Below are positions 27,309-40,682 of a stretch of 64,000 nucleotides of DNA, piece by piece (position 1 is the stretch's first letter; the number at the start of each line of letters is the position of its first letter). Source of the DNA: Callorhinchus milii (taxonomy: Eukaryota); NCBI RefSeq assembly GCF_018977255.1, contig NW_024704742.1:36024001-36088000 (forward strand), written 5' to 3'. The notes beneath the pieces were generated by a model. It ran no database searches. It worked only from the letters and a program-made list of their open reading frames with translations, and was not told the origin of the DNA. A program made the translations under genes and the position numbers.

Positions 27309-27407
27309 AACTTATAGAATCTGTAGATTTAATGGAAGACTTTCACTTGAGCTACGGATGCTGAGATAAACCTGCCTCTTCAATCCATTCCCTTGCTCAC
27401 TCTCAGG

Positions 27408-27725
27408 TAATAATAATAATAATAATCCTTGCTTTTGATATAGCGCTTTTCACGTCGGGAGGACGTCCCAAAGCGCTCACAGAACACACTGTAAAGTGAA
27501 TTGACTGTATATTTGTGGGCGAACACAGCAGCCAATTGCGCACAGCAATGTCCCACAAACAGTTGTAGATTGAAAATGACCAATTTATTATTTTTGGGGG
27601 TTTTGGAGGGATTATTATTAGGCGTGAGGAGTAAGGAAACTTGCCCAAGGTTTCGCCCTGCCTGGAATTGAACTAGGGTCTCTCACTTGCAAAGCGAGTG
27701 CTCTAACTACTGAGCTACAGGACTC
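27408..27725 (-). mobile_element. Young SINE, short variant
   Basis: Full reverse-complement copy, 99 nt from the plus-strand copy. Confidence 0.9.
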
Positions 27726-28058
27726 TGAGAAAGACAAGAGAATAGCACTGAATTCCAGCAGATCATGAACGAAAGCTCAGGTGAAGGGGAGGTAGGCTGC
27801 AAGTGCCCCGAGGTACTATCAAGAGTATCATTGGCCTTGACAGTGTGTGTCAGCGGGCCATGTGGCCATTGATTCTGGCAATGCAACCTGACTCAATCTT
27901 GTAGTAAGATCATAATTTTTGGTCAGCAGATCAATGTTAATATTAAACAATTGTGTCTGGAGTACTGTTTGTATTTTCGGTCTCCCTAAATTAAAGAGGA
28001 TATTCAATTGAGTGCTGAATTATACTATTAACGAACTCAAGAGATAAAGCTATGGGAG

Positions 28059-28825
28059 AAACAACAACAACAAATTACATTTGTATAGCACCTTTCATGT
28101 CGGGAGGATGTCCCAAGGTGCTGGACAGTCAGGGATTTGGACCCGAGCAGGGGGTTGGGATCAGGCGGGATGGAGGGCAGGAAGGGTAGGGGTAGGAGTG
28201 TGACTGAAGGTGCGGACGAAGAGGAGGGTCTTGAGTTGTGCCTTGAAGGAGGCAAGGGAGGGAGCAAGGTGAAGGGACTGTGGGATGGAGTTCCAAAGAA
28301 TGGGGGCAGAGAGGCTGAAGGCACGACTGCCAATTGTGGGGTGGGCTGGTGGGGGGACATGGAGCAGGCCAGCAGAGTAGAGGGAATGGACAGGTTGATA
28401 TGGTGTTAGCAGGTCACAGAGTTAGGAAGGAGCAAAGCCGTGGAGGGCTTTGAAGGCAAGGATGAGGATCTTGAACTCTATCCTCTGAGTGATGGGAAGC
28501 CAGTGGAGCCGGGCGAGGGCGGGGGTGATTGGAACCTGGTGCGGGAGAGGACACTGCAGCTTGTGGAGAGAAGATTTGGGAAAGCCGACAAGCAGAGAGT
28601 TGGCGTAGTTGAGCCTGGATGTAACAAATGCATAGATGAGGGTTTTGTCGGCCTGAGGGGAGAGGCAGTGGCAGAGTCGAGTGATGTTGCGGGAGGTGGG
28701 GGAAGGCAGAGCGGGGTCACGGCACCAATGTGAGATAGAAAGGCAATTGAGGGTCAAACAAGACGCCAAGGTTCTGGACTGGTTCAGTGAGGTGGAGCGT
28801 GCATCCTTGGATGGTGATAAAGATA
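28059..28825 (-). mobile_element. Degenerate L2 3' fragment
   Basis: [44 protein letters not shown]; (CAA)n tail. Confidence 0.88.
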
Positions 28826-29869
28826 CCAAGCCTGAGACTTCTTTCTTGAATTAAGAACACCAAAAGGGGGAACTTGACTGAGCTATTTCGGAGAATGGAT
28901 GGAAAACTTGGATTCAAATACGTTTTTCTCAAGGGGTCATACCTTGGATAGGATTAGAAAGTGAAAGATGCTAGATATCGTGACTTGTTTTCTTGATATT
29001 TTATTGAACTGTATGAATTACACTTACAATAATTTGAATAAAAAGCGTTGCATTGAGGGAAGACGTGTAAAATCGGTTCACGAGATTTACTGCAGAGTGC
29101 AGTGATTGTGATTTTGTAAGCAAACACAAGTGAACTGAAATAATTTAAGAAGTGGAGCATTATTTTGCATGTCTTAAGGGGAATGGGCCTACAGGAATGA
29201 ACTTTAAAATTAATTTAATATCTGAATTTGTCCAAATTTGTTCCACTTAATTTCACCTTTGGAAGTCACAAGCCGGTGACTGTGAGGGCATGTGCAGCTT
29301 TAATGTATTTTGGAATACTGGCAGTGAAACTGATTGAAAGATGGTGAAGGAATCTGAAATTCAAAATATAAATGGATCTGACTGTAGACCCGAATTCACC
29401 TGAACAGTCCTCACTTCTAATCTCCAGAACCCTCATTTTCCAAAAGCTTTTGTACCAGCAAAATACATGAACTGTGTCTTCTTTTCTGAAAATGATTTCT
29501 CTGTTTAACCCAGTAGCACTGAATTCCCCAGAAATAACGGATGTGGACATACACTTAACTGATCAGTGTTTATCTTAATAATTAATAAGAAGAAACAGTG
29601 CCAACCTGAGCCTAGTCTATTATTAACATCAAGGTTAAAACGTGTGTCTGGGAATGATAATTATCAGATGAAATTAGTTTTGCTGTGTTCCATTATGAGA
29701 TGACTGGAGCCTCCGGCATTTGTGGACACAGTTTCTATTGTGTTGTGGGGAGATCAGATACCAATATAAATATAAAGACATACAGCATATATATATATAT
29801 ATATATAAAGGTGATATCTCTGTGATCTTCTCAAACCCTACTGTCCCAGCCACTTCTTTTGCTCATGAG

Positions 29870-30160
29870 CACAGGCTTGCTTCAGGTCCCCACTCTTCCT
29901 GCCTTGCCATCTACGGACAGGCTTTCAGCCTTTCTGCCCCCACTCTCTGGAAATCTATCCTGGCGTTCCTCTGATTCACTCTGCCCCTCATCTCATTCAA
30001 GTTCCATCTCAAGACCTAGCTATTTAACCATGCTTTCAGTTATCTGTCTCCTCCCCACCCCCTCTGCTCTCATCTCGAGCCCAGGTGCCTAGCTAGTACT
30101 GTCAAGTGCCTTGGGATGTCCTCCTGATGTGAAAGGCACTATATAAATGTAAATTTGTAT
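29870..30160 (+). mobile_element. Old L2 3' end
   Basis: GQAFSLSAPTLWKS; degenerate stem-loop tail. Confidence 0.7.
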
Positions 30161-30617
30161 CACATTGTAAAATCACCAAAGGGTACATGAATCCATGCAG
30201 ATCAGATAGAATAGAAATGAAGGACTCAGACGGGCCGTGGGAGCACTTACAAGTTTCTGCAGCTTCAGAGGAATGTCTTTGCATCAATCTATGTCTGTCA
30301 TTGCAGAACATTGGTTACTGATCCTTGCATCAGGCTTTAAAAAACAGTTGTTCCCTTTCAATCTCTTTTGCAGAACACAAAATGTAAGTTTCATTTGAAA
30401 AATAATAATAAGCATTATTTTTCTTGAAGAAATCAGAAACAAACTGAGTATGAGCACATCTGCTATACATTCTTCCCTTTTCCATATTCTGTTCATTTGC
30501 TTGAGCTGGAGTTTTTTCCCCCCATTTCTCCCCTCCTTCTCCTCTTGAAAAAAACAATGTAAAATCACCACAAGCTAACTCTTTATCATTCATACAAGGT
30601 TTGCAAAATAAACTAAC

Positions 30618-30755
30618 CTCATCCAGAGTCGCTATTTTGTGGGTCATGTCCTTCAGATTTCTCATCATCCTCTCATCCCGAAAATCATAGGGGAATGTTT
30701 CAGTCCATTCGATCAACAGCTGCACTATTTTTGGTGTAAATTTTCTTATTTTGCC
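30618..30755 (-). CDS. RASGEF1B: RASGEF1B coding exon 3 (gene exon 4)
   Basis: cag|GKIRKFTPKIVQLLIEWTETFPYDFRDERMMRNLKDMTHKIATLDE|gttagt; 138 nt. Confidence 0.95.
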
Positions 30756-31041
30756 CTGCAAACAGACATCAGATTGTACCTAATTATAGTACTTACGGTG
30801 ATGATAGATCGAAATGCAGGATGTAACAACATTTATTTAATCTCAAGGACAACATTGGCACAGCGTAATTGTTAGTCTTGACACACTTCTTTCATTAAAA
30901 ATTAAGCAACAAAAAAAAACACTTTAGCATATAAATGGAATGCTCGTTGCATTAATTATGAGAAATAAATCCTAATTTTTTTTTGTTATTTGCAGAGTCA
31001 GCAATCTCCAGCAAAGAGAAGGCCTCCCTCGATAATCTCAC

Positions 31042-31164
31042 CTTATCTAAAACTGCTTCATTCAGTCTCTGTTGTTCAATACACATGAGGCAAATCTTCG
31101 CCAAGAGCTCATAAGGCCGAATGAAGAGACGGGAGCTGAGCAGAAAGGTAAATATATATGTCCT
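31042..31164 (-). CDS. RASGEF1B: RASGEF1B coding exon 2 (gene exon 3)
   Basis: cag|RTYIFTFLLSSRLFIRPYELLAKICLMCIEQQRLNEAVLDK|gtgaga; 123 nt. Confidence 0.95.
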
Positions 31165-32800
31165 CTGGAGGAGAAACACAGAGATGTTAGCAAACACAAG
31201 GAATTACACTCTGAGGTGCTTTTAAGTATCATCAATGGCTAGTTACTCTGCTTTAAAGGGAATTTAAATTTAATTTAAAGGGTTGTCTTATACTGATCAC
31301 TAAAAATAGTTGGCTGTTTGCTATTTTTAGCATTCAACATAAATTAAACTCGAATGATTCAGAGAGGATTATGCTCAATAATATATAAATTATAAATGAA
31401 ATTACCGTATTTTTTCAGAATATACCATTTTTTGTCTTTTATGTGTGCAAGTCTTATTTAAAATATATTGTGGATAAAGTTTGCAGTGTTTCATAAGACC
31501 AGAAACGCATTATGAAACATGCTAATTGACACCAGGAATATGCAATGAAGCCTCAAAAAAATTATCCCATTTCTCTTTCCTTCTCCACATACTTTGCACT
31601 ATTCCCAGTGGCAGTGTGTGTAGCTAATCCACTGCCAGGACCCCACTGTATCCAACTAGTGTACTGGAACACAATCTTGCCCCTCTTTACATGGGTACAC
31701 CAAAAACTGTAAGATCAAGCAATGCCTGAAACCCACGTATGGAATTAAGTGAACAAAAAAGCATAAATTGTACTTTTCCCAGGTCCTACCTGCACCTGCT
31801 TTTTTCTTGTTCTACACCTTTTGAACATAATCAACTCTTTTGAAAAAATGGAATATGAGAGGTATAGTAAGTGAACCTGTATTAAATTACAGTGCTCATA
31901 TAGAAAAACAACACCAGTGCAGGATTGATGGACAAGTGGTCTGTTTCTGCACTGTAAAATTCCACGATGCAATGTCAAATGATCTTAAATGATCTTAAAT
32001 GATCCAAAATCTTTTAAAATTCTGGTATAATCTACAATCCCCACCAAGTATGTTTTTCACCAGGTAGCTCTGCTGATAATCATCCCAATACAGAATAACA
32101 CAGCTTTGGAACTCTATTCTTGAACACTTTAGTTCTACTATTTGTTGTGCCTTGAGCTTCTCCTCAGACTATAGAACCATGCTTTGTAAACAAATTACCA
32201 TTCTATGGGCGTCTGCCCAAATTACACTCCTGGTTTAAACTTTCCTCTTCAGTTACTCAGTCTGTGCTGCGGTTGATGGATCATCTTCTGACTCTTTCAC
32301 CAACAACTCAGGTCTTCCTCATTGAAACTCTGCTCTCCCTCCCAGGTTGCTCCTTCCCCACATCAGATCCATCGCCCATTCATTATCCCATTTTACCAGA
32401 CTTCCCTTCCTTCCATGCAAATGCCCAATGTTGCTTGCATCATGCTCTGAGCACTGCGTTCTCCACATGGTGGGGTAGCTTGTGTCTTCTGCTTATATCA
32501 GTGTCAAGAGCCACATTATTTTTGGGTCGTTGGTGAAATGTGGGCCAAAATTATTTTGTTGTTTAATTTTCTGATAGCCTTTTGTTTGTTAAAGTAGGAA
32601 ATAACCTAGATATGCACATGAAGGAGAAGGGAACAGAAGGGTATGGGAGGGAGTAGGATGGAGGATCATATGAAGTACATGGACTAGTTGGTCCAAGTAC
32701 CAAGTTGGTACTGCTGTTTCCGTGCAGTACAGTCTATGTAAAATCTATGTAAGAACTGTGTCTGATACAAAACATGGAGACTCAACTGAATCAAACCTAC

Positions 32801-32977
32801 ATCTGGGTAGTAATCAATTGTGGGCACAAGGTGTTGGATTAGCGCCTCCAATGATCCCGAAACAAGGTTGTTCTCATGGTAAAACAGGCCCCCGCAGTTG
32901 TCCTCTTTCAATAAGTACAGGTGCCGATTGTAACCTCGACTGTTGAACATAGTTGCAAAGGTTCTTGTTTGTGGCAT
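32801..32977 (-). CDS. RASGEF1B: RASGEF1B coding exon 1 (gene exon 2; 6 nt of 5'UTR extend to 32983)
   Basis: tttaaacag|GAAAGC ATG; MPQTRTFATMFNSRGYNRHLY...LVPTIDYYPD; donor GAT|gtaggt. Confidence 0.95.
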
Positions 32978-33948
32978 GCTTTCCTGTTTAAAATAAAACA
33001 CGATACATATGTAGGGATTGTAAGCATAAAAATCAACGGGTATACTTTTCCGATTTTCATCTGATCAATACCAACAGTTTTTGTTTTATATTTAATCATT
33101 TTTATTTAAAGACAATTCTCACAATTTAAGGACACAAAACAGATAAATTGACAATTGCCACAGTCACCTGGACCTCTTCTGCTGCCACAGTAAAAGCATG
33201 TTTCAGCCTCAAGTTGGTGAGTCATTCTCACCATAGGGGTGCATATTTAGGGTTCACCTACTCAGTACTCACCTTCACCCTACTCACACTCATTTCTAAG
33301 GCTCCAGACGTATTTTAATTCATTTTTGTTCATCAATTCTCAGCCTTCCGACATTGTAAAAAAAATTGGATCGTTAGCACTGGAAATGTATTTGCTTTGG
33401 AATAAAAATGAGAATTCAGCCTATTTTCATCTAATCTGTGTAAATTTACACACTTGGTGGGTTTGTAAGACGCTCACAACTGGATATTCCTGAATAGTGA
33501 TATCAGTTGGTCATGTTTCTCTCAACAAAATAAGGCCTGTTTCCCATTTAAATCTACAAAACAGCTTATACCCCTGAAGTGATTGTTTCTAGTGGGTTCA
33601 GTCCTTGTCTCATGATGCACAAAGAGAACTGGAGTCGCTGACATGTTAATGTGGTTCCATGCATGCACAGAGCCTGTGGCTATGGTGCTACATACTCCCT
33701 GACATCACCTATGACCCATACTTCACCCACGAGTCAAAACTTGGTAGAGTCTTTACCCAATCAACTTCTACCTCAATATCAGTAATGGAGCTGGGTATGA
33801 TTATCAAGCAGCTTCACTCTTGGCTTTTTCTACCGATTCTACTATCGTTATTCAGGAGTCGGGAGAAGTTCAGTGATTGGTATTTTCTCCTTTGCCATGA
33901 CATATCGGGATCTAAAATGCAATATTCACAAAACAGGTTTGTTTAGTC

Positions 33949-34360
33949 TAGGATGGTCCAATTGGCAGCCCGTGGCCACTTCCGGCACAAGGGATAATTT
34001 CATCCAGCCCACGAACCATTTCTGACTTAACTTAACTTAATTGTTTTACCTCCCAATTGGGCCTCTCTTCCAGTCGGCCTCTGCACTGCCTCACCTGAGC
34101 GAGGAGAGTGACGGGAAGTAGGGTGGAGTGGGAGGTTTGACTGGTACCTCCTGCTTGGCCCTTCTTTTCCATCATTCTCTAATCTGCCTCATGCCTCGTA
34201 CAACCTCATAAGAGGCAGTGCAGAGAGTGACAGGAAAAGGGGGAGCAGGAGTATCTTAAAAAGGTATTGTTATATATTTTGCAATATTGCTTATGTAGCC
34301 TACGGATGTTTCTCGAATCCCATATCCGGCCCTCAACAGCCAAAAGGTTGGACCATCCTG
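33949..34360. mobile_element. hAT-type MITE
   Basis: TIR TAGGATGGTCCAA / TTGGACCATCCTG (12/13); TTTAGTC in both flanks; subterminal CAGCCCGTGGCC and ATCCGGCCC motifs. Confidence 0.75.
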
Positions 34361-35600
34361 GAATTTAGTCAATTTCAACTTGCGGTTTGTGAATATTGGA
34401 TTGTGAGGTTTGTGTGTGCTTCTCAAAAGAGCGATTCGCAAATTCCGAGATGGCAAAATCCAAGAAAAAAGCTGGCATGCAAAATGGTAAGGGTTGCTAC
34501 AATCAGAACGGTTGAATACTGTCCCCTTAATTTTAATTGCAAAGTTTGAAAAAGAAGCTTACTGTGTATAGAAAATTGCTTTACCACAAACACCTCTGTC
34601 TTATCGTTCAGCAAATGAAACAGCATTTCCTTCTAGCAATCCCCTGAGGCACATAGTCATTAGATTTCAGCAGGGATGTGATACTTCATCAGAGCCAGGA
34701 TTTCAGGTCCTATATTATTATTTGCTTGTTGGTCAACTTGAATAAATGCACTGCTTGTTTTACCTGAAGCTATGTTTTTGCAAAAGTTCCTTAAATATTA
34801 ATCTTTTTACTGGCCCTCTGTTGAACCACATTATGTTAATGACAACACTTGTTTTGGTACCAATATCACCAATAATAAGTCTTCACTTCAACTAGTTGTT
34901 CAATAGGCTTTTTTAGTTTGCATTGAATATATAAAATATCAGATAGTTTCTTTGGGAGATTGTACTGTCTTGTGCTTCTTGCAGACTGTGTGAACAATGG
35001 TTCCATTCATGAAAGCATAAGACAGAGGTGTATAGAAGTAACCAACAATAATAGATTACAGCCTTACTGAGAGCCAGAAAGAGAAATTAGAGGTTTAAGT
35101 CTTCTATAAACCCCAATTAGTTGCCTTTAGTAGTTTAATCAGATTTAGAGAAGGAAAAAGTTTGCATTTTTCTATTACCTTATTACTTCAAATTGTAGTG
35201 AATGTATTTTGTAGGCAAAATAAGGTTGCTATATACATCAGCAAGATCCCACAAATAGCCATGAGGTGAATGACCAATAACAGCAGCAAAATTAAATTTG
35301 TAAAGTGCCTTTCACGTCGGGAGAACGTCCCAAGGCGCTAGAGGACTGCTTATCACAAACTCCCTTCACTTTATAAACAGTCATGGGATCTTTAACGTTC
35401 ATCTTTAAAAACAGTAGATGGGACTGTGGTGAAAATCTTATCAAAAAGCAGCACCTTTGATAACGCAATGCTTCAATATTACACTGAAATGTCAGCCTAA
35501 ATAGACCACTAACTCAATGCCCAGCATAGAGTTTGAACCCACCATCTTCTGATGCAGTGGTGAAAATTCTACAAACTGAGCCAGACTAAGTCAAAATACA

Positions 35601-35761
35601 AAAGACCCTGTTCTGATGAAGGGTTGTGGATCTGAAACGTTGACTCACTTTCCTTTCTCCATAGATGCTGCCTGACCCGCTGAGTGTTCCCAGCGACTTC
35701 TGTTTTTGTTTTCAGATTCCAGTATTTCCAGCATCTGCAGTATTTTGTGGGTTTTTTAAAA
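35601..35761 (+). mobile_element. Small Penelope-like non-autonomous element with a hammerhead-like motif
   Basis: CTGATGA-A-GGGTT-gtg-GATCT-GAAACGTT; 10-bp direct repeat TCAAAATACA at 35591-35600 and 35762-35771. Confidence 0.65.
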
Positions 35762-38700
35762 TCAAAATACAGATGTGCCTGTCCACATAAAGTCACGTTA
35801 CTCTACCATCTGCAGAGCTCTTTGTAGTAAACAGACCCAGTGTCCAACAACAGTAAATAACAATTGAGCCTGACATCATACAGTATCCAAACAGATTGAC
35901 GGTGCAAAAACAAAGGTTTGAAGACACAGTGATTAGAAAAGCATAACTAAAATCAAGCAAACAAATTATCATTGCTGTATTTCATTAAGCAACTGATACT
36001 GCACTTGAAATAAATGTTGTATCCAAAATGGATCAAAAAGAGACCACTACATACAAATAGGAATTCACCATAACAGGCACTCTCAATTTCCACGAAGTTG
36101 GTTAGACTCTATGACAATGTCCATATTGGTTTATTGCTATTGGTTGAATTCATCAACACTGTCACTATCTCACTAACTTGCACAGATTACATTTTAATAA
36201 ACACAAGTTGAATGACATGCATTGGTATTGCCAACATCAAAGGTATCACTATTCACCATTTCAATTTTTCTTAGCCACGAACAAGAGCTTCCCAAGATAT
36301 TGGATCAGTTTTATGCAAAAGTCGATGGGATGAAAATCAAACAGTCGCTCTACTATTAAGAAAAATAATACTTCTTCCAAATATAATTCAGTTGAAAAAA
36401 TGTCAGGTATGTCAAAAAGGAAAAATCTGCTTACAAGTATGGGTTAAAAGCTGTACAAATATTTCCTAATTAAGCATAATGTATCCCAGATCAATCTAAT
36501 CATACAGTTAAGAACACATTTGCACATAAACTGGTAGATTATTAAATTCACTAAATGCCCATTTTAAATGAATTGAATCAATAACTGTTGAAAAACAGGT
36601 TGTTATTGCAGCTTTACTGATTCCGACAACACATTCCCTAGATCCTTTGTAGCTGTTTTCGATTGCAAACCTTTTGGAGATAGCTTTTGATAATTCAGAA
36701 GAGCGCCATAAGGCAAGTAAGTACTTGCAATTTTATAGCACCTATGATGTCGAAACATTTCAAAGTGTTTCACAGCAATTACTGTTGCATGTAGTGACTG
36801 TTTGTTTTGGACAAAATTGGCCCATGAGATAACTTTACTGCTCATTTAATTAACCAGAAGATCTGGAGATGCTGTATATCTCTGGTGATAGCACAGCAAA
36901 CTGCTCAACCTGCTTGACATTATACTCAAACCTTAAGAATGAAAGCCACATCTTTTGGTCTCCTGAGTCTCTTCAAGATGGTTTTCGTTGACATATTACT
37001 TCCAGGTCAATACATCAAAATAATTTTTACTCAAATTGTTTCCTTCCCTTTATCCTGTTTCCATGGGTCCTGCACCTGTGACCCCATTGTTCTACAGAGG
37101 AGAATGCTTAATAGATTCAAGAAAGGAAAATGCTGTTCTATAAATCAACAGCTATTTGGCATATATCTGTCAAAAGGCAATTACAGAAACACGACTTGCA
37201 TTTATATAGTGCCTTTCACCTAGAATGAATGTCTCTAAGTGCTTCACAGAAGCAACAGGGAGCACCAAGTAGGAAGGAGAGAAAGGAGAATTTATAAGGC
37301 ACAAACACATGATCAGAGGAGTAGGGCAAAGGGATTTTTGAAGAGTTCCAAACAGTTCGGAGATAGCGACTGAAGGCTCAGCCACCAATAGTGGGACAAA
37401 GAATGTGAGGAATGAACAGGGAAATACAGGCAAGGAAATAAGAGGTGACCTAGCCTCCCTAAACCCAACAGTTCCGTTGCTGATAAGGATTTCCACACCA
37501 TAAATAAAAACCTCGGAAAAAACACACTCGACAGATACGAGACAAGAATGTGAATGTGTTGCTCCAACTATTTCAAGCTGATTTACTCTGGAAGCTGGAG
37601 GAACTAGTATTGTTGTGCAACTTACTCTGGAAATAAGCTTTGTACAATGGGATCCGTATCATTTACAAAGAATGTCTGCTCAAGAAAAGAATGAAAGGAT
37701 CAATATGCAAGCACATATTTTGGGCAGACATCAATAGACAAACTCAAATGCTATGATTACCTTCCACAGGAATATTGAGAGCTGGAGGAAATTATAATAA
37801 TGATGATATAGTGTGCCAGTGCACTGTCAGCAGTAAAACGGTTTCTGAATACACAACTACCAGGGACGATTATTGTGTCTGTTTTGTAAACAGGCAGCAT
37901 CACTGCTATATACTTTAAAATCGCAGGTTTACCCCAGATTGGAAATCTCAAGAATAAATGAGACTGTGCAGCACTAATCTGTTCAGCCAAATCTGTGAAG
38001 AATATTCACTACCTTAAGCGGTACTTCCCAATTGTCTCCAATTGTATTCCAGGATTCGTGAACAGACAAGCAAGTCTTATTTAATTAACAATGTCTAATC
38101 TATTTGGAGTGGTACATCACTGCATATAGCTAATTAACACTCTTCTTGGAAAACAAAAGAAATCCAATAGAGAATTAACTTTCACATCTGTATTCATGGA
38201 CATGATCAATTTGAACACAATCATTCATGCCAACCTTACAGATGCCATTAGGGAGCAGCAAACCAAAGACTCAAACAAGCACACACTTACAAACACCTAT
38301 AAACACACACATATAAACGCACGGACACATCATTAGAAGGCTTTAAAAAGTATCAGAGATGCAAAGGCCAAGAATATGATTTTATGAAATACTGATGGAG
38401 TTGGAGTAATACTTTATTTTGATAATAGGTGTTCTTCTTATTTAAGCCATTTAAGCCATTTCACTTTGGTGCTATGCTATACTTATTGCTTGAGTGCAGG
38501 TAAATAACTAACTTATGTCTCTAAAAGTGGTTATCTGCTGAACCTGTTACTAGGGTGTAATGTTACCTGGGTATTTCTATATGTCTCACTTCACTGAATA
38601 TTCATCCTGACCAAGTGTGTGGCAAACATATGTGCTTATACATTATGATAGGCTACAAGAAAGAAAAAAAACTTCTCAGTGGCTCAATGGTCAGTAACAA

Positions 38701-39532
38701 AGATATCAAATAATATTGCTTCATTTCAAACAAAATGTGGCCGTTTCCAGAAAATGGTATTCTGGAATACCAACTTGCACTTATATAGCAACTTTAACAC
38801 ACATTAAATTCTCAAAGTCATAGTGATATGAAAGGGAGCATGGTGTAGGAAAATTTAAGGATATTCTCAAAATGATCAGTAAACAAAATGTTGTTTTTCA
38901 ATGGGTTTTGAAGGCAGAGAGAGGAGGCAAAGTAGAGAGATTCGGGAAATTGGAATGAAAAAAATATTTTTTTCTAATAAACCTCTCAAAGAATTTCTTT
39001 GTCAAAAAATTCTTCAGTTTCTATTAAATCAGGCTGGATTTTTAATTTTGTTTGGGTTTATCCTGAACCTAGAAATAGTCATGAAAAAAAAGCCTCTCTC
39101 TCACTGTTTGCACAGTGTTTAAGCTGTGAGGCAGACACTGATGTCTGAACAATGTTAAAAACTCTTGATGTCTTCAGTGTTCAGTTTTCTTACCACATGG
39201 CCTCTAACTCTCACCTAAGGTCAGATAGGGGCGAGTTCAAGCCCCAACTAAGGTCAAGTAGTTCAGTGTAGTACAATGAGACATTTTTTTTTAAACTGTC
39301 CTCAAGTGCATGTTATAGATCCAATGATATCATTTGAAAAGAGAAAGGAGTTTTTCCTCCATGTCCTTGACAAAAATCCTTCACATTAACTGGTCATTCA
39401 CCTCATGGATGGTTGTGGGCTCTTGCTGGCACAAATGCTTGCCATGTTTTCCTATTAAAAGTCAAAATACTTGACACTAATTACTTGTGAATCTTTGGGA
39501 CCTTTCCACATAATAAGCTGATTGAAAAATGT

Positions 39533-39553
39533 TCTCTCTCTCTCTCTCTCTCT
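39533..39553. repeat. (CT)n microsatellite
   Basis: Direct reading. Confidence 0.9.
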
Positions 39554-40682
39554 AGGTACAGGCACTTTCTTGATTTGATTTTAAGGCTGACTTGTCGTTT
39601 TCTGGCACTCATATCTGCATCAGCATACTTCACGGCTAAAGACTGCACCACAGCATTGATAATGCCAGAGAGTACAAATAGCAGGTAAAATGCAACAGAT
39701 CAGGTAACCTCCCCAAATCTGGCAGGCTCAAACCAACAGCTGTGCAAGAAAGTTGATACCACTGTACTGTAAGGCAGCACCTGTTGTGGGTGGGCATGCT
39801 ATCACCAGAAGATATGTTTGCTTCCACTCATACAGATGATCAAAACCGCAGCCTAAGCACCAACTCCACATCAGTGACAATGGTTTAAGAAGGTGTCATT
39901 GAAATAGGAGGAGGCCATCTAGTCCATGAAGCTGACTCTTCCATTTCATTAGACCGTAGCAGCTCCTTAGACTTTTAACTCACTTTTCCACTCTTGTCTG
40001 CCTTCAGTCTCATTTAAGGAATGGTGCATTAAACAAAGAAAAAATACACTATAAAAATTGGGAAGTACCCCTAATTCAATCAAGAAAAGGGACAAAAGTG
40101 TATCGAGATATCATAACCTTTGTAACCCTCAAAAAACGTCTTTTGATACTCATTTACCGGTTATGTGATTGAGTAGGATGCCTTTTCTTATGTTACATAT
40201 AATATAATCAAATACAAAGTCATTGGCTAGCGCAAATTGGCTGGTTCATTTACCTGTAAAATACACAGTCATTGTACTCGACAGTAAATTCTGTGAAGTG
40301 CTATGAGACGTCCTCCCGATGTGAAAGGCACTCAATCAAAAGTAAGGATTATTACTAGTAGTATGTTCACTGACAGCACATAGCGCAGAAGGCACAAATA
40401 GCAATTTATTAACTTGGGAGTCTGAGACCATTAAATCAGGAAACATTTTCAAACTTTCACAAATACCAAACACATTTATATTGATCTAGAAAGTACACAG
40501 TATAGAAAATTGTGATAAATTAGCTGAGTGGAGATTTAGCACAGATAACCTACCTAGACTTCAAGGGCTGGTGATTGCAATAGTAACTGTCACCTGAATG
40601 TCTTAGATGCGTGTGCTACTGTATTGTAATGGTTTCAGTGCCTTGAGATATCTTCTCCACGTGAAAGGCTCTATATAGGCGT

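Larger units (their letters stand above)
1983..32983 (-). other. RASGEF1B: RASGEF1B gene body (13 coding exons; REM + CDC25 RasGEF domains; 472 aa)
   Basis: Hand-spliced exons of 177+123+138+213+75+96+103+80+96+96+124+73+25 = 1419 nt, phases consistent, all GT-AG. The protein runs MPQTRTF...STLLSRV* and closely matches the recalled vertebrate RASGEF1B sequence. Confidence 0.93.

Noticed and set aside
1983..32977. Assignment to RASGEF1A or RASGEF1C
   Set aside because: N-terminus (MPQT..F..MF...GYNR.LY) and C-terminus (LL.RV*) fit recalled RASGEF1B better; phylogeny or synteny would confirm
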